Below are positions 46,893 to 60,456 of a stretch of DNA of 64,000 bases, piece by piece; position 1 is the first letter of the stretch; every line of letters begins with the position of its first letter. The notes beneath the pieces were generated by a model, which worked only from the letters and a program-made list of their open reading frames with translations, searched no databases and was not told the origin of the DNA. The stretch lies in the NCBI RefSeq assembly GCF_050320075.1, contig NZ_CP190018.1. One strand, 5' to 3'. A program made the position numbers and the translations under genes. The DNA comes from Escherichia coli (GTDB taxonomy: Bacteria; Pseudomonadota; Gammaproteobacteria; Enterobacterales; Enterobacteriaceae).

Positions 46893-47030
46893 CGGATCGG
46901 TCGCTCGCGGCGCATCCGACACTGGCAGTGTTGCCTGATGCGCCGCTATTCGCGTCTTATCAGGCATATACCAGAGATAGCGAACCACAGGTCGGATAAG
47001 GCGCTCGCGCCGCATCCGACAAATGTGTTC
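46893..47030. repeat. BIME/REP cluster
   Basis: Repeated ..GCGCATCCGACA.., GCCTGATGCG..CTTATCAGGC and GCCGCATCCGACAA motifs. Confidence 0.6.
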
Positions 47031-47039
47031 AGCGAAAGA

Positions 47040-47825
47040 TTAGCTGGCCTGTTTTTTCATCATACTGAGAATAAATAACAGTGCCGCGCATAGCACCACC
47101 GACGGGCCTGCTGGTGTATCGTAAAATGCGGAAAAGGTTAAACCGCCAGTCACTGCCACCATCCCCACCAAAACAGCGACACCTGCCATCTGTTCCGGCG
47201 TGCGGGCAAAGCGACGTGCAGTAGCAGCAGGAATAATTAGCAACGAAGTAATAATCAACGCGCCGACAAATTTCATCGCTACACCAATCGTCAATGCCGT
47301 CACCAGCATCAACAACAATTTCACGCGCTGTAATTTCACACCATCAACAAACGCCAGATCCGGGCTAATCGTCATCGACAGCAAATTGCGCCATTGCCAG
47401 AACAAAATCGCCACCACGATGACCACGCCAATTGCAATAGAGATGAGATCTTCTGGCGTCACTGCCAGCAAATCACCGAACAGGTAAGCCATCAAATCAA
47501 CACGAATATTAGACATCAGACTAACGACCACCAGGCCCAGCGACAGGGCACTGTGCGCCATTATCCCTAATAACGTGTCGATCGCCAGCTGTGGACGCTT
47601 CTCCAGCCATACCAGACCGCCCGCCAGCAGCAGCGTAACTGCAATCACCGCATAGAATGGATTCACGTCCAGCAACAAACCAAACGCGACACCAAGTAAT
47701 GAGGCATGGGCCAGCGTATCACCGAAATAAGACATACGACGCCAGACCACAAACGAACCCAGCGGACCCGCGGCACAGGCGAGCATGATCCCGGCTAACC
47801 AACCGGGAAATAATAATTCAATCAT
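47040..47825 (-). CDS. znuB: Zinc ABC transporter permease ZnuB
   Basis: 261 aa, [41 protein letters not shown].. Confidence 0.95.
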
Positions 47826-48577
47826 GAGCGATCATTTCCCCGACGCAAAACAATTCGTCCCTGTAAATCGTGACGATGATTATGATGATGGCGATAGATA
47901 CCCAGTTGTTCAGCACCACGAGGACCAAACATAGAAATAAACTCCGGATGCAGGGAAACAACTTCCGGTGTACCGGAACAACAAATGTGGTGATTCAGGC
48001 AAAGCACTTCATCGGTTTTTGCCATTACCAGATGCAGATCGTGAGAGACCATTAAAACGCCACAATCCAGTTCGCGACGCAACTGGTCAATAAGGTCATA
48101 TAACGCCACCTGACCATTCACATCCACGCCCTGAGTGGGTTCATCCAGCACTAATAATTGCGGTCGATTTAACAATGCTCGCGCTAACAATACACGCTGT
48201 GTTTCGCCACCCGAGAGCTTTTGCATCGGTGCGTTAATCAGATGCCCGGCCTGGACACGTTTCAGTGCAGGCAAAATATCTTCTTTATGTGTGCCAGGGC
48301 GTAAGCGTAAAAAACGGTTTACGGTAAGTGGCAACGTGGTGTCGAGATACAGCTTCTGCGGTACATAGCCGATGCGCAGTTTTCCGTTGCGCTTGATAAC
48401 CCCTTCATCGGGTGTTACCAGCCCGAGCACTACCCGTACCAGTGTCGACTTACCTGCGCCATTTGGCCCAAGTAAAGTCAAAATTTTTCCAGGTTTAAGT
48501 TCCAGCGACACATCAGAGAGGACGCGGCGTTGGCCAAAAGAAACCGAGACATTTTCCAGGGAAACCAGACTTGTCAT
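47822..48577 (-). CDS. znuC: Zinc ABC transporter ATPase ZnuC
   Basis: 251 aa with Walker [10 protein letters not shown] and the LSGGE signature. Confidence 0.95.
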
Positions 48578-48603
48578 GTTAATTTTAGTCTTGCAGTAGT
48601 CAT

Positions 48604-48626
48604 GAAATGTTATAATATCACACTTC
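48604..48626. promoter_or_regulatory. Zur box in the znuA / znuCB divergent promoter region
   Basis: GAAATGTTATAATATCACACTTC, compared with the remembered Zur consensus GAAATGTTATAWTATAACATTTC. Confidence 0.75.
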
Positions 48627-48655
48627 TCATATTCATTACGATGATTGGTCGCATT

Positions 48656-49588
48656 ATGTTACATAAAAAAACGCTTCTTTTCGCAGCATTATCCGCCGCT
48701 CTCTGGGGCGGTGCAACACAGGCCGCAGATGCTGCCGTTGTCGCTTCGCTTAAACCCGTTGGGTTCATCGCTTCTGCCATTGCTGATGGGGTAACAGAAA
48801 CGGAGGTTTTACTACCTGACGGCGCTTCAGAACATGATTATTCACTGCGTCCATCAGATGTAAAACGCTTACAGAACGCGGACTTAGTCGTTTGGGTTGG
48901 CCCGGAGATGGAAGCGTTCATGCAAAAACCGGTAAGTAAATTACCTGAAGCGAAACAGGTAACGATTGCGCAGCTAGAGAATGTGAAACCGCTGCTGATG
49001 AAAAGTATTCACGGCGATGATGATGATCACGACCACGCGGAAAAAAGTGACGAAGATCACCATCACGGCGATTTCAACATGCATCTTTGGCTTTCCCCAG
49101 AGATAGCGCGGGCTACAGCGGTTGCAATCCATGGAAAATTAGTGGAACTTATGCCGCAAAGTCGAGCCAAACTTGACGCCAACCTGAAGGATTTTGAGGC
49201 ACAATTAGCCTCAACCGAAAAGCAGGTTGGTAACGAGCTCGCGCCGCTCAAGGGGAAAGGTTATTTCGTTTTTCACGATGCTTACGGCTATTTCGAAAAA
49301 CAGTTCGGACTGACACCGCTTGGTCATTTTACCGTTAACCCTGAGATTCAACCTGGCGCGCAGCGTTTACATGAAATAAGAACACAGTTGGTTGAGCAAA
49401 AAGCAACCTGCGTTTTTGCTGAGCCACAGTTCAGGCCAGCGGTCGTTGAGAGCGTCGCACGAGGGACATCCGTTCGTATGGGAACGTTGGATCCCCTGGG
49501 GACGAATATCAAACTGGGTAAAACAAGCTATTCAGAATTCCTGAATCAATTAGCCAACCAGTATGCGAGCTGCCTGAAAGGAGATTAA
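48656..49588 (+). CDS. znuA: Periplasmic zinc-binding protein ZnuA
   Basis: 310 aa from [23 protein letters not shown].. with a His/Asp-rich loop ([21 protein letters not shown]). Start trimmed from 48530. Confidence 0.93.
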
Positions 49589-49603
49589 TGAGGAAGTGAT
49601 TAC

Positions 49604-50926
49604 GTGCAACAGATAGCCCGCTCTGTCGCCCTGGCGTTTAATAATTTACCGCGACCACACCGCGTTATGTTGGGGTCGCTCACCGTTCTTACTCTGGCCG
49701 TCGCTGTCTGGCGGCCCTATGTTTATCACCGCGATGCCACGCCAATTGTCAAAACCATTGAGCTGGAACAGAACGAAATTCGTTCGCTCTTACCTGAAGC
49801 CAGTGAGCCGATTGATCAAGCTGCACAAGAAGATGAAGCCATTCCCCAGGATGAACTGGATGACAAAATCGCCGGTGAAGCGGGCGTGCATGAATATGTT
49901 GTTTCCACTGGCGATACGCTAAGCAGCATTCTCAATCAGTATGGTATTGATATGGGTGATATCACCCAACTGGCTGCTGCCGACAAAGAATTGCGTAACC
50001 TGAAAATCGGTCAACAACTCTCCTGGACATTAACCGCGGACGGCGAACTGCAGCGCCTCACCTGGGAAGTGTCTCGTCGTGAAACCCGAACCTATGACCG
50101 TACTGCCGCTAACGGTTTTAAAATGACCAGCGAAATGCAGCAAGGAGAGTGGGTCAACAATCTGCTGAAAGGTACCGTCGGGGGAAGCTTTGTTGCCAGC
50201 GCCAGAAACGCCGGTTTAACCAGCGCCGAAGTGAGCGCAGTGATTAAAGCCATGCAGTGGCAAATGGATTTCCGCAAACTGAAAAAAGGCGATGAATTTG
50301 CGGTGTTAATGTCACGAGAAATGCTTGATGGTAAACGTGAGCAAAGCCAACTGCTGGGCGTACGTTTGCGTTCAGAAGGTAAAGATTATTACGCAATCCG
50401 CGCTGAAGATGGCAAATTCTATGATCGTAACGGTACTGGTCTGGCGAAAGGATTCTTGCGATTCCCGACGGCGAAACAGTTCCGTATCTCGTCTAACTTT
50501 AACCCGCGTCGTACTAATCCGGTGACTGGTCGTGTTGCGCCACACAGAGGTGTTGATTTCGCCATGCCACAGGGTACGCCGGTGCTTTCAGTGGGTGACG
50601 GTGAAGTGGTGGTTGCCAAACGCAGTGGCGCAGCAGGTTATTATGTGGCTATTCGTCATGGTCGCAGCTACACCACGCGTTATATGCACTTGCGCAAGAT
50701 TCTGGTGAAACCGGGACAGAAGGTGAAACGTGGCGACCGTATCGCGCTTTCCGGTAATACCGGACGTTCAACCGGGCCGCATCTGCACTATGAAGTATGG
50801 ATAAACCAGCAGGCCGTAAACCCGCTGACGGCAAAACTGCCGCGTACCGAAGGGCTGACCGGCTCCGATCGTCGCGAATTCCTGGCGCAGGCCAAAGAGA
50901 TTGTGCCGCAGCTACGGTTTGATTAA
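49604..50926 (+). CDS. mepM: Murein DD-endopeptidase MepM (YebA; LysM + M23)
   Basis: 440 aa, GTG start, with M23 motifs HRGVD and [14 protein letters not shown]. Confidence 0.93.
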
Positions 50927-50941
50927 TTAACATCCATTCGC

Positions 50942-50972
50942 AGCCGGTACGCAGTCAGTACCGGCTTTTTTT
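50942..50972 (+). terminator. Intrinsic terminator after mepM
   Basis: AGCCGGTAC (50942-50950) pairs with GTACCGGCT (50958-50966), followed by T7. Confidence 0.85.
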
Positions 50973-51045
50973 ATTTGGTGCGGGGCAAGTTGCGCCGCTA
51001 CACTATCACCAGATTGATTTTTGCCTTATCCGAAACTGGAAAAGC

Positions 51046-52017
51046 ATGGAAACGAAAAAAAATAATAGCGAATACATTCCTGAGTTTGATAAATCCTTTC
51101 GCCACCCGCGCTACTGGGGAGCATGGCTGGGCGTAGCAGCGATGGCGGGTATTGCTTTAACGCCGCCAAAGTTTCGCGACCCCATTCTGGCACGGCTGGG
51201 ACGTTTTGCCGGACGCCTGGGAAAAAGCTCACGCCGTCGTGCGTTAATCAATTTGTCGCTCTGCTTTCCAGAACGTAGTGAAGCTGAACGCGAAGCGATT
51301 GTTGATGAGATGTTTGCCACCGCGCCGCAAGCGATGGCAATGATGGCTGAGTTGGCAATACGCGGGCCGGAGAAAATTCAGCCGCGCGTTGACTGGCAAG
51401 GGCTGGAGATTATCGAAGAGATGCGACGTAATAACGAGAAAGTGATCTTTCTGGTGCCGCACGGTTGGGCCGTCGATATTCCTGCCATGCTGATGGCCTC
51501 GCAAGGGCAGAAAATGGCAGCGATGTTCCATAATCAGGGCAACCCGGTTTTTGATTATGTCTGGAACACGGTGCGTCGTCGTTTTGGCGGTCGTCTGCAT
51601 GCGAGAAATGATGGTATTAAACCATTCATCCAGTCGGTACGTCAGGGGTACTGGGGATATTATTTACCCGATCAGGATCATGGCCCAGAGCACAGCGAAT
51701 TTGTTGATTTCTTTGCCACCTATAAAGCGACGTTGCCCGCGATTGGTCGTTTGATGAAAGTGTGCCGTGCGCACGTTGTACCGCTGTTTCCGATTTATGA
51801 TGGCAAGACGCATCGCCTGACGATTCAGGTGCGCCCACCGATGGATGATCTGTTAGAGGCAGATGACCATACGATTGCGCGGCGGATGAATGAAGAAGTC
51901 GAGATTTTTGTTGGTCCGCGACCAGAACAATACACCTGGATATTAAAATTGCTGAAAACTCGCAAGCCGGGCGAAATCCAACCGTATAAGCGCAAAGATC
52001 TTTATCCCATCAAATAA
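51046..52017 (+). CDS. lpxM: Lipid A myristoyltransferase LpxM (MsbB)
   Basis: 323 aa, [35 protein letters not shown].. Confidence 0.94.
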   Translation: METKKNNSEYIPEFDKSFRHPRYWGAWLGVAAMAGIALTPPKFRDPILARLGRFAGRLGKSSRRRALINLSLCFPERSEAEREAIVDEMFATAPQAMAMMAELAIRGPEKIQPRVDWQGLEIIEEMRRNNEKVIFLVPHGWAVDIPAMLMASQGQKMAAMFHNQGNPVFDYVWNTVRRRFGGRLHARNDGIKPFIQSVRQGYWGYYLPDQDHGPEHSEFVDFFATYKATLPAIGRLMKVCRAHVVPLFPIYDGKTHRLTIQVRPPMDDLLEADDHTIARRMNEEVEIFVGPRPEQYTWILKLLKTRKPGEIQPYKRKDLYPIK

Positions 52018-52041
52018 AAAAAGCCTCTCGCGAGGAGAGGC
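52014..52041. terminator. Hairpin between lpxM and pykA; the T-run is on the minus strand (pykA terminator)
   Basis: GCCTCTC (52023-52029) pairs with GAGAGGC (52035-52041). The A7 run at 52016-52022 reads as T7 after the hairpin on the minus strand. Confidence 0.65.
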
Positions 52042-52106
52042 CTCCGCCTTGTGATAAGTTCAAGTTTGCTTCAGAAGATTCGAAATCTGTTGAACTATAA
52101 TTGAAC

Positions 52107-52143
52107 TGTAGGCCGGATGAGGCGTTTTCGCCGCATCCGGCAA
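52107..52143. repeat. REP element
   Basis: TGTAGGCCGGATGAGGCGTTTTCGCCGCATCCGGCAA. Confidence 0.7.
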
Positions 52144-52148
52144 CGTAC

Positions 52149-53591
52149 TTACTCTACCGTTAAAATACGCGTGGTATTAGTAGAACCCACGGTACTCATC
52201 ACGTCGCCCTGGGTGACAATCACCAGGTCACCAGACATCAAGTAACCTTTATCGCGCAGCAGATTAACCGCTTCGCTGGCAGCTGCTACGCCGTCATTAG
52301 CGCTATCAAAGTGCACCGGCGTAACGCCGCGATAGAGAGCAGTCAGGTTCAGCGTACGTTCATGGCGTGACATGGCGAAAATTGGCAGACCAGAGCTGAT
52401 ACGGGAGGTCATCAGCGCCGTACGACCCGATTCGGTCATGGTGATGATCGCCGTAACGCCTTTCAGGTGGTTAGCCGCGTACATTGCTGACATGGCAATA
52501 GCTTCTTCCACATTGTCGAACTGCACGTCCAGACGGTGTTTAGAAACGTTGATGCTCGGGATTTTTTCCGCACCCAGGCAAACGCGCGCCATGGCTGCAA
52601 CAGTTTCTGAAGGATACTGACCAGCAGCAGTTTCTGCAGAAAGCATCACAGCGTCAGTACCATCCAGAACGGCGTTTGCTACGTCCATGACTTCTGCACG
52701 CGTCGGCATCGGGTTAGTAATCATTGACTCCATCATCTGGGTCGCCGTGATTACTGCGCGGTTAAGCTGACGCGCACGACGGATCAACGCTTTCTGAATG
52801 CCGACCAGTTCCGGGTCGCCAATTTCCACACCGAGGTCGCCACGTGCAACCATTACCACGTCAGAGGCGAGGATGATGTCATCCATTGCATCCTGGCTGC
52901 AAACGGCTTCCGCACGTTCAACCTTGGCAACAATTTTCGCATCACAGCCTGCATCGCGTGCCAGGCGACGGGCATAGTTCAGATCTTCGCCGCAGCGTGG
53001 GAAGGAGACAGCCAGGTAATCTACGCCAATTAACGCCGCAGTCTTAATGTCTGCTTTGTCTTTTTCGGTCAGCGCTTCAGCCGACAAACCGCCGCCAAGT
53101 TTGTTGATACCTTTATTGTTGGAGAGGGGACCACCGACGGTGACTTCGGTGAACACTTTCATGCCCTGAACTTCCAGTACTTTTAACTGGACGCGACCAT
53201 CGTCCAGCAGCAGGATGTCACCAGGCACGACGTCAGCAGGCAGGCCTTTGTAGTCGATACCGACTTTTTCTTTGTCGCCTTCACCTTTACCCAGGTTGGC
53301 GTCGAGCAGGAATTTATCCCCAATATTGAGGAAAACTTTGCCTTCTTTAAAGGTGGATACACGAATTTTGGGCCCCTGGAGGTCACCCAGAATAGCCACA
53401 TGACGCCCCAGTTTTGCGGCAATTTCACGAACTTTATCCGCGCGCATTTTGTGATCTTCAGGCGAGCCGTGAGAAAAGTTCATACGTACAACGTTGGCAC
53501 CCGCTGCGATAACTTTTTCAAGATTATTATCGCGATCTGTTGCTGGGCCTAACGTGGTAACGATTTTTGTTCTGCGAAGCCTTCTGGACAT
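52149..53591 (-). CDS. pykA: Pyruvate kinase II
   Basis: 480 aa from [42 protein letters not shown]... Start trimmed from 53615. Confidence 0.95.
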
Positions 53592-53718
53592 GTAATACTC
53601 CGTTGACTGAAACAACCAGGTGTTGCTTGAACATGAAATCCGAATGAAATAACGCCGCGATGGCTATAAATTAATCTCATTCGGATGTCGTATAAGATTA
53701 GGACAGTGACAGTCGTTT

Positions 53719-54588
53719 TTAGCGATCGTCACTTAAATTAAGTAACTGCTTATCAAAACGCGATTCCTTCAGCGCTTCCTTGACCCGCTTCAAGTTATCT
53801 CTGAATTTTGCACCGCGTCGCAAAGTAAATCCTGTCGCCAGCACATCTATCACGGTCAGCTGTGCAAGTCGAGAAACCATGGGCATATAAATGTCAGTAT
53901 CTTCCGGTACGTCGAGGGTAATTGCTAGCGTGGCTTCCCGGGCGAGCGGGGTACCTGCAGAGGTGAGGGCAATCACCATGGCGTCGTTTTCGCGTGCCAG
54001 CTGCGCCAGCTCGACCAGATTTTTTGTTCTTCCCGTGTGAGAAATCAGCACCACCACGTCTCCGTCGCTACAATTCATACAACTCATGCGTTGCAGCACA
54101 ATATCATCGGAGTACACCACCGGAACATTAAAACGAAAGAACTTATTCATCGCATCGTGGGCAACAGCGGCAGAAGAGCCTAATCCGAAAAAGGCGATTT
54201 TTTTTGCCTGAGTGAGTAAGTCGACGGCGCGGTTGATGGCAGATTTATCCAATGAATGACGGACATGATCGAGCGTTGCCATTGCGGACTCAAATATTTT
54301 CCCCGTGTATGATTCAACGCTGTCATCTTCATTGACGTTGCGATTAACATAGGGAGTGCCATTCGCCAGACTTTGTGCCAGATGAAGTTTAAAATCAGGA
54401 AAACCGCGCGTGTCCATGCTGCGACAGAAACGATTCACCGTCGGTTCGCTAACATTGGCTTCCAGCGCCAGAGCAGCAATACTCGAATGGATCGCGTTAT
54501 CGGGCGAAGCCAGAATGACCTCGGCAACTTTGCGCTCTGATTTGCTCAAATGTTCCAGCTGAGACTGGATTTTTTCCAGCATATTCAT
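53719..54588 (-). CDS. hexR: RpiR-family regulator HexR (YebK)
   Basis: 289 aa, MNMLEKIQSQLEHLSKSERKVAEVILASPDNAIHSSIAALA... HTH plus SIS domain. Confidence 0.92.
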   Translation of the reverse strand: MNMLEKIQSQLEHLSKSERKVAEVILASPDNAIHSSIAALALEANVSEPTVNRFCRSMDTRGFPDFKLHLAQSLANGTPYVNRNVNEDDSVESYTGKIFESAMATLDHVRHSLDKSAINRAVDLLTQAKKIAFFGLGSSAAVAHDAMNKFFRFNVPVVYSDDIVLQRMSCMNCSDGDVVVLISHTGRTKNLVELAQLARENDAMVIALTSAGTPLAREATLAITLDVPEDTDIYMPMVSRLAQLTVIDVLATGFTLRRGAKFRDNLKRVKEALKESRFDKQLLNLSDDR

Positions 54589-54925
54589 GATGTAAAGAGA
54601 CTCACGGGTAATGACGATTTCCGCACTGAAAGAAATCGAAATGCAGTTTTGTCAGATATTACGCCTGTGTGCTGTGTTAATGACAAAAGCAGATAAAAAA
54701 GTTGTTATTTTTTTTCATAACATGATCAGTGTCAGATTTTTACCCAATGGAAAACGATGATTTTTTTATCAGTTTTGCCGCACTTTGCGCGCTTTTACCG
54801 TAATCGCACGGGTGGATAAGCGTTTACAGTTTTCGCAAGCTCGTAAAAGCAGTACAGTGCACCGTAAGAAAATTACAAGTATACCCTGGCTTAAGTACCG
54901 GGATAGTTAACTTAAGGAGAATGAC

Positions 54926-56401
54926 ATGGCGGTAACGCAAACAGCCCAGGCCTGTGACCTGGTCATTTTCGGCGCGAAAGGCGACCTTGCGCGTCGTAAA
55001 TTGCTGCCTTCCCTGTATCAACTGGAAAAAGCCGGTCAGCTCAACCCGGACACCCGGATTATCGGCGTAGGGCGTGCTGACTGGGATAAAGCGGCTTATA
55101 CCAAAGTTGTCCGCGAGGCGCTCGAAACTTTCATGAAAGAAACCATTGATGAAGGTTTATGGGACACCCTGAGTGCACGTCTGGATTTTTGTAATCTCGA
55201 TGTCAATGACACTGCTGCATTCAGCCGTCTCGGCGCGATGCTGGATCAAAAAAATCGTATCACCATTAACTACTTTGCCATGCCGCCCAGCACTTTTGGC
55301 GCAATTTGCAAAGGGCTTGGCGAGGCAAAACTGAATGCTAAACCGGCACGCGTAGTCATGGAGAAACCGCTGGGGACGTCGCTGGCGACCTCGCAGGAAA
55401 TCAACGATCAGGTTGGCGAATACTTCGAGGAGTGCCAGGTTTACCGTATCGACCACTATCTTGGTAAAGAAACGGTGCTGAACCTGTTGGCGCTGCGTTT
55501 TGCTAACTCTCTGTTTGTGAACAACTGGGACAATCGCACCATCGATCATGTTGAGATTACCGTGGCAGAAGAAGTGGGGATCGAAGGGCGCTGGGGCTAT
55601 TTTGATAAAGCCGGTCAGATGCGCGACATGATCCAGAACCACCTGCTGCAAATTCTTTGCATGATTGCGATGTCTCCGCCGTCTGACCTGAGTGCAGACA
55701 GCATCCGCGATGAAAAAGTGAAAGTACTGAAGTCTCTGCGCCGTATTGACCGCTCCAACGTACGCGAAAAAACCGTACGCGGGCAATATACTGCGGGCTT
55801 CGCCCAGGGCAAAAAAGTGCCGGGATATCTGGAAGAAGAGGGCGCGAACAAGAGCAGCAATACAGAAACCTTCGTGGCGATCCGCGTCGACATTGATAAC
55901 TGGCGCTGGGCCGGTGTGCCATTCTACCTGCGTACTGGTAAACGTCTGCCGACCAAATGCTCTGAAGTCGTGGTCTATTTCAAAACACCTGAACTGAATC
56001 TGTTTAAAGAGTCGTGGCAGGATCTACCGCAAAATAAACTGACTATCCGTCTGCAACCTGATGAAGGCGTGGATATCCAGGTACTGAATAAAGTTCCTGG
56101 CCTTGACCACAAACATAACCTGCAAATCACCAAGCTGGACCTGAGCTATTCAGAAACCTTTAATCAGACGCATCTGGCGGATGCCTATGAACGTCTGCTG
56201 CTGGAAACCATGCGTGGTATTCAGGCACTGTTTGTTCGTCGTGATGAAGTGGAAGAAGCCTGGAAATGGGTAGACTCCATTACTGAGGCGTGGGCGATGG
56301 ACAATGATGCGCCGAAACCGTATCAGGCCGGAACCTGGGGACCCGTTGCCTCGGTGGCAATGATTACCCGTGATGGTCGTTCCTGGAATGAGTTTGAGTA
56401 A
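54926..56401 (+). CDS. zwf: Glucose-6-phosphate dehydrogenase
   Basis: 491 aa, [37 protein letters not shown].. with the RIDHYLGKE motif. Confidence 0.96.
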   Translation: MAVTQTAQACDLVIFGAKGDLARRKLLPSLYQLEKAGQLNPDTRIIGVGRADWDKAAYTKVVREALETFMKETIDEGLWDTLSARLDFCNLDVNDTAAFSRLGAMLDQKNRITINYFAMPPSTFGAICKGLGEAKLNAKPARVVMEKPLGTSLATSQEINDQVGEYFEECQVYRIDHYLGKETVLNLLALRFANSLFVNNWDNRTIDHVEITVAEEVGIEGRWGYFDKAGQMRDMIQNHLLQILCMIAMSPPSDLSADSIRDEKVKVLKSLRRIDRSNVREKTVRGQYTAGFAQGKKVPGYLEEEGANKSSNTETFVAIRVDIDNWRWAGVPFYLRTGKRLPTKCSEVVVYFKTPELNLFKESWQDLPQNKLTIRLQPDEGVDIQVLNKVPGLDHKHNLQITKLDLSYSETFNQTHLADAYERLLLETMRGIQALFVRRDEVEEAWKWVDSITEAWAMDNDAPKPYQAGTWGPVASVAMITRDGRSWNEFE

Positions 56402-56480
56402 TATCTGCGCTTATCCTTTATGGTTATTTTACCGGTAACATGATCTTGCACAGATTGTAGAACAATTTTTACACTTTCAG

Positions 56481-56513
56481 GCCTCGTGCGGATTCACCCA
56501 CGAGGCTTTTTTT
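56481..56513 (+). terminator. Intrinsic terminator after zwf
   Basis: GCCTCGTG (56481-56488) pairs with CACGAGGC (56499-56506), followed by T7. Confidence 0.85.
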
Positions 56514-56635
56514 ATTACACTGACTGAAACGTTTTTGCCCTATGAGCTCCGGTTACAGGCGTTTCAGTCATAAATCCTCTGAATGAAGCGCGTTGTGAAT
56601 CATCCTGCTCTGACAACTCAATTTCAGGAGCCTTT

Positions 56636-58447
56636 ATGAATCCACAATTGTTACGCGTAACAAATCGAATCATTGAACGTTCGCGCGAGACTCGCTCTGC
56701 TTACCTCGCCCGGATAGAACAAGCGAAAACTTCGACCGTTCATCGTTCGCAGTTGGCATGTGGTAACCTGGCACACGGTTTCGCTGCCTGCCAGCCAGAA
56801 GACAAAGCCTCTTTGAAAAGCATGTTGCGTAACAATATCGCCATCATCACCTCCTATAACGACATGCTCTCCGCGCACCAGCCTTATGAACACTATCCAG
56901 AAATCATTCGTAAAGCCCTGCATGAAGCAAATGCGGTTGGTCAGGTTGCGGGCGGTGTTCCGGCGATGTGTGATGGTGTCACCCAGGGGCAGGATGGAAT
57001 GGAATTGTCGCTGTTAAGCCGCGAAGTGATTGCGATGTCTGCGGCGGTGGGGTTGTCCCATAACATGTTTGATGGTGCGCTGTTCCTCGGAGTGTGCGAC
57101 AAGATTGTTCCGGGTCTGACTATGGCAGCCCTGTCGTTTGGGCATTTGCCTGCGGTGTTTGTGCCGTCTGGACCGATGGCAAGCGGTTTGCCAAATAAAG
57201 AAAAAGTGCGTATTCGCCAGCTTTATGCCGAAGGTAAAGTGGACCGCATGGCATTACTGGAGTCAGAAGCCGCGTCTTATCATGCGCCGGGAACATGTAC
57301 TTTCTACGGTACTGCCAACACCAACCAGATGGTGGTGGAGTTTATGGGGATGCAGTTGCCAGGCTCTTCTTTTGTTCATCCGGATTCTCCGCTGCGCGAT
57401 GCTTTGACCGCAGCCGCTGCGCGCCAGGTTACACGCATGACCGGTAATGGTAATGAATGGATGCCGATCGGTAAGATGATCGATGAGAAAGTGGTGGTGA
57501 ACGGTATCGTTGCACTGCTGGCGACCGGTGGTTCCACTAACCACACCATGCACCTGGTGGCGATGGCTCGCGCGGCCGGTATTCAGATTAACTGGGATGA
57601 CTTCTCTGACCTTTCTGATGTTGTACCGCTGATGGCACGTCTCTACCCGAACGGTCCGGCCGATATTAACCACTTCCAGGCGGCAGGTGGCGTACCGGTT
57701 CTGGTGCGTGAACTGCTCAAAGCAGGCCTGCTGCATGAAGATGTCAATACGGTGGCTGGTTTTGGTCTGTCTCGTTATACCCTTGAACCATGGCTGAATA
57801 ATGGTGAACTGGACTGGCGGGAAGGGGCGGAAAAATCACTCGACAGCAATGTGATCGCTTCCTTCGAACAACCTTTCTCTCATCATGGTGGGACAAAAGT
57901 GTTAAGCGGTAACCTGGGCCGTGCGGTTATGAAAACCTCTGCCGTGCCGGTTGAGAACCAGGTGATTGAAGCGCCTGCGGTTGTTTTTGAAAGCCAGCAT
58001 GACGTTATGCCGGCTTTTGAAGCGGGTTTGCTGGACCGCGATTGTGTCGTTGTTGTCCGTCATCAGGGGCCAAAAGCGAACGGAATGCCAGAATTACATA
58101 AACTCATGCCGCCACTTGGTGTATTATTGGACCGGTGTTTCAAAATTGCGTTAGTTACTGATGGACGACTCTCCGGCGCTTCAGGTAAAGTGCCGTCAGC
58201 TATCCACGTAACACCAGAAGCCTACGATGGCGGGCTGCTGGCAAAAGTGCGCGACGGGGACATCATTCGTGTGAATGGACAGACAGGCGAACTGACGCTG
58301 CTGGTAGACGAAGCGGAACTGGCTGCTCGCGAACCACACATTCCTGACCTGAGCGCGTCACGCGTGGGAACAGGACGTGAATTATTCAGCGCCTTGCGTG
58401 AAAAACTGTCCGGTGCCGAACAGGGCGCAACCTGTATCACTTTTTAA
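56636..58447 (+). CDS. edd: Phosphogluconate dehydratase (Entner-Doudoroff)
   Basis: 603 aa, [31 protein letters not shown].. Confidence 0.95.
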   Translation: MNPQLLRVTNRIIERSRETRSAYLARIEQAKTSTVHRSQLACGNLAHGFAACQPEDKASLKSMLRNNIAIITSYNDMLSAHQPYEHYPEIIRKALHEANAVGQVAGGVPAMCDGVTQGQDGMELSLLSREVIAMSAAVGLSHNMFDGALFLGVCDKIVPGLTMAALSFGHLPAVFVPSGPMASGLPNKEKVRIRQLYAEGKVDRMALLESEAASYHAPGTCTFYGTANTNQMVVEFMGMQLPGSSFVHPDSPLRDALTAAAARQVTRMTGNGNEWMPIGKMIDEKVVVNGIVALLATGGSTNHTMHLVAMARAAGIQINWDDFSDLSDVVPLMARLYPNGPADINHFQAAGGVPVLVRELLKAGLLHEDVNTVAGFGLSRYTLEPWLNNGELDWREGAEKSLDSNVIASFEQPFSHHGGTKVLSGNLGRAVMKTSAVPVENQVIEAPAVVFESQHDVMPAFEAGLLDRDCVVVVRHQGPKANGMPELHKLMPPLGVLLDRCFKIALVTDGRLSGASGKVPSAIHVTPEAYDGGLLAKVRDGDIIRVNGQTGELTLLVDEAELAAREPHIPDLSASRVGTGRELFSALREKLSGAEQGATCITF

Positions 58448-58483
58448 GACGACAAATTTGTAATCAGGCGAGAGAAAACTCTG

Positions 58484-59125
58484 ATGAAAAACTGGAAAAC
58501 AAGTGCAGAATCAATCCTGACCACCGGCCCGGTTGTACCGGTTATCGTGGTAAAAAAACTGGAACACGCGGTGCCGATGGCTAAAGCGTTGGTTGCTGGT
58601 GGGGTGCGCGTTCTGGAAGTGACTCTGCGTACCGAGTGTGCAGTTGACGCTATCCGTGCTATCGCCAAAGAAGTGCCTGAAGCGATTGTGGGTGCCGGTA
58701 CGGTGCTGAATCCACAGCAGCTGGCAGAAGTCACCGAAGCGGGTGCACAGTTCGCAATTAGCCCGGGTCTGACCGAGCCGCTGCTGAAGGCTGCTACCGA
58801 AGGGACTATTCCTCTGATTCCGGGGATCAGCACTGTTTCCGAACTGATGCTGGGTATGGACTACGGTTTGAAAGAGTTCAAATTCTTCCCGGCTGAAGCT
58901 AACGGCGGTGTGAAAGCCCTGCAGGCGATCGCGGGTCCGTTCTCCCAGGTCCGTTTCTGCCCGACGGGTGGTATTTCTCCGGCTAACTACCGTGACTACC
59001 TGGCGCTGAAAAGCGTGCTGTGCATCGGTGGTTCCTGGCTGGTTCCGGCAGATGCGCTGGAAGCGGGCGATTACGACCGCATTACTAAGCTGGCGCGTGA
59101 AGCTGTAGAAGGCGCTAAGCTGTAA
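58484..59125 (+). CDS. eda: KDPG/KHG aldolase
   Basis: 213 aa, [50 protein letters not shown].. Confidence 0.96.
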
Positions 59126-59130
59126 AAGTC

Positions 59131-59159
59131 AAAATGCCCGATCCTCGATCGGGCATTTT
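59131..59159. terminator. Bidirectional terminator between convergent eda and purT
   Basis: AAAATGCCCGATC pairs with GATCGGGCATTTT. Confidence 0.85.
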
Positions 59160-59179
59160 GGTAGCGTTTTTCGCCGGGG

Positions 59180-60358
59180 TTAAGCTTGTACTTTTATCTG
59201 TGCTGCGGCGTGCTTTGCGCGCTCAATCGCTTCATCAACACTCTCAGCGGTCGCCAGCGCAACACCCAGACGACGGCTGCCATCAATTTCCGGCTTACCA
59301 AATAAACGAATCTGTAGGCCTGCGCCTACGGCATTCTGCACATTATCAAACGTGACATTCTCACTGGTCAGTTGTGGCAGGATAACGGCAGAAGCTGCAG
59401 GACCATACTGACGGATCCCGCCAACCGGAAGTCCGAGAAAGGCTCGCACATGCAGGGCAAACTCCGAGAGATCCTGAGAAATTAACGTCACCATCCCGGT
59501 ATCATGTGGGCGAGGGGAGACCTCACTGAAAATCACCTCATCACCACAGACAAACAGCTCGACACCAAACAGCCCATAACCGCCCAGTGCCAGCACCACT
59601 TTACGGGCAATTTCTTGCGCACGTTCCAAAGCCAGCTGGCTCATTTGCTGTGGTTGCCAGGATTCACGATAGTCGCCATCTTCCTGGCGATGACCTACCG
59701 GTGCACAGAAATGGACGCCATCCACCGCGCTGACGGTTAGCAGGGTAATTTCGAAATCAAACTTGACGACGCCTTCAACAATTACGCGGCCCGCTCCGGC
59801 GCGACCGCCTTGCTGAGCGTACTCCCATGCATGAGCAAGTTGCTCTGCAGAACGAATAAACGTCTGCCCCTTGCCGGAGGAACTCATCACCGGTTTAACA
59901 ATGCAGGGATAGCCGATTTCAGCAACCGCCTTGCGGAAAAGGTTTTCGTTATCGGCAAAACGATAAGTGGAAGTGGGCAGCTGCAGCTCTTCTGCCGCCA
60001 GGCGACGGATACCCTCGCGATTCATCGTTAATTTCGTTGCGCGCGCGCAGGGGACAACATTCAGTCCTTCCTCTTCAAGTTGGATCAGCATATCGGTGGC
60101 AATAGCTTCGATCTCCGGCACGATATAATGTGGTTTTTCCAGTTCAACCACACGGCGTAATGCATCACCATCAAGCATATTAATGACATGGGAGCGATGC
60201 GCGACATGCATAGCTGGCGCGTCGGCATAGCGATCGACGGCAATCACCTCTACGCCGAGACGCTGACACTCGATTGCCACTTCTTTACCCAGTTCACCGG
60301 AGCCTAATAACATCACGCGAGTTGCTGCCGGACGCAGCGCAGTGCCTAATAACGTCAT
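59180..60358 (-). CDS. purT: Formate-dependent GAR transformylase PurT
   Basis: 392 aa, [44 protein letters not shown].. Confidence 0.95.
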   Translation of the reverse strand: MTLLGTALRPAATRVMLLGSGELGKEVAIECQRLGVEVIAVDRYADAPAMHVAHRSHVINMLDGDALRRVVELEKPHYIVPEIEAIATDMLIQLEEEGLNVVPCARATKLTMNREGIRRLAAEELQLPTSTYRFADNENLFRKAVAEIGYPCIVKPVMSSSGKGQTFIRSAEQLAHAWEYAQQGGRAGAGRVIVEGVVKFDFEITLLTVSAVDGVHFCAPVGHRQEDGDYRESWQPQQMSQLALERAQEIARKVVLALGGYGLFGVELFVCGDEVIFSEVSPRPHDTGMVTLISQDLSEFALHVRAFLGLPVGGIRQYGPAASAVILPQLTSENVTFDNVQNAVGAGLQIRLFGKPEIDGSRRLGVALATAESVDEAIERAKHAAAQIKVQA

Positions 60359-60456
60359 AACGAATATCCCCTGATTAATTCCGCGCGCAGTATAAACGAA
60401 AACGTTTGCGCGTGTCTTTATTGCTGATATTGATTTTCCAACCGAAAAGAAATATA

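Noticed and set aside
48530-48655. Upstream extension of znuA to 352 aa
   Set aside because: It would read through the Zur box and promoter and overlap the znuC start. Known ZnuA begins at the signal peptide MLHKKTLL..
59134-59355. 73-aa plus-strand ORF after eda
   Set aside because: It starts inside the eda/purT terminator and is antisense to the purT 3' end.
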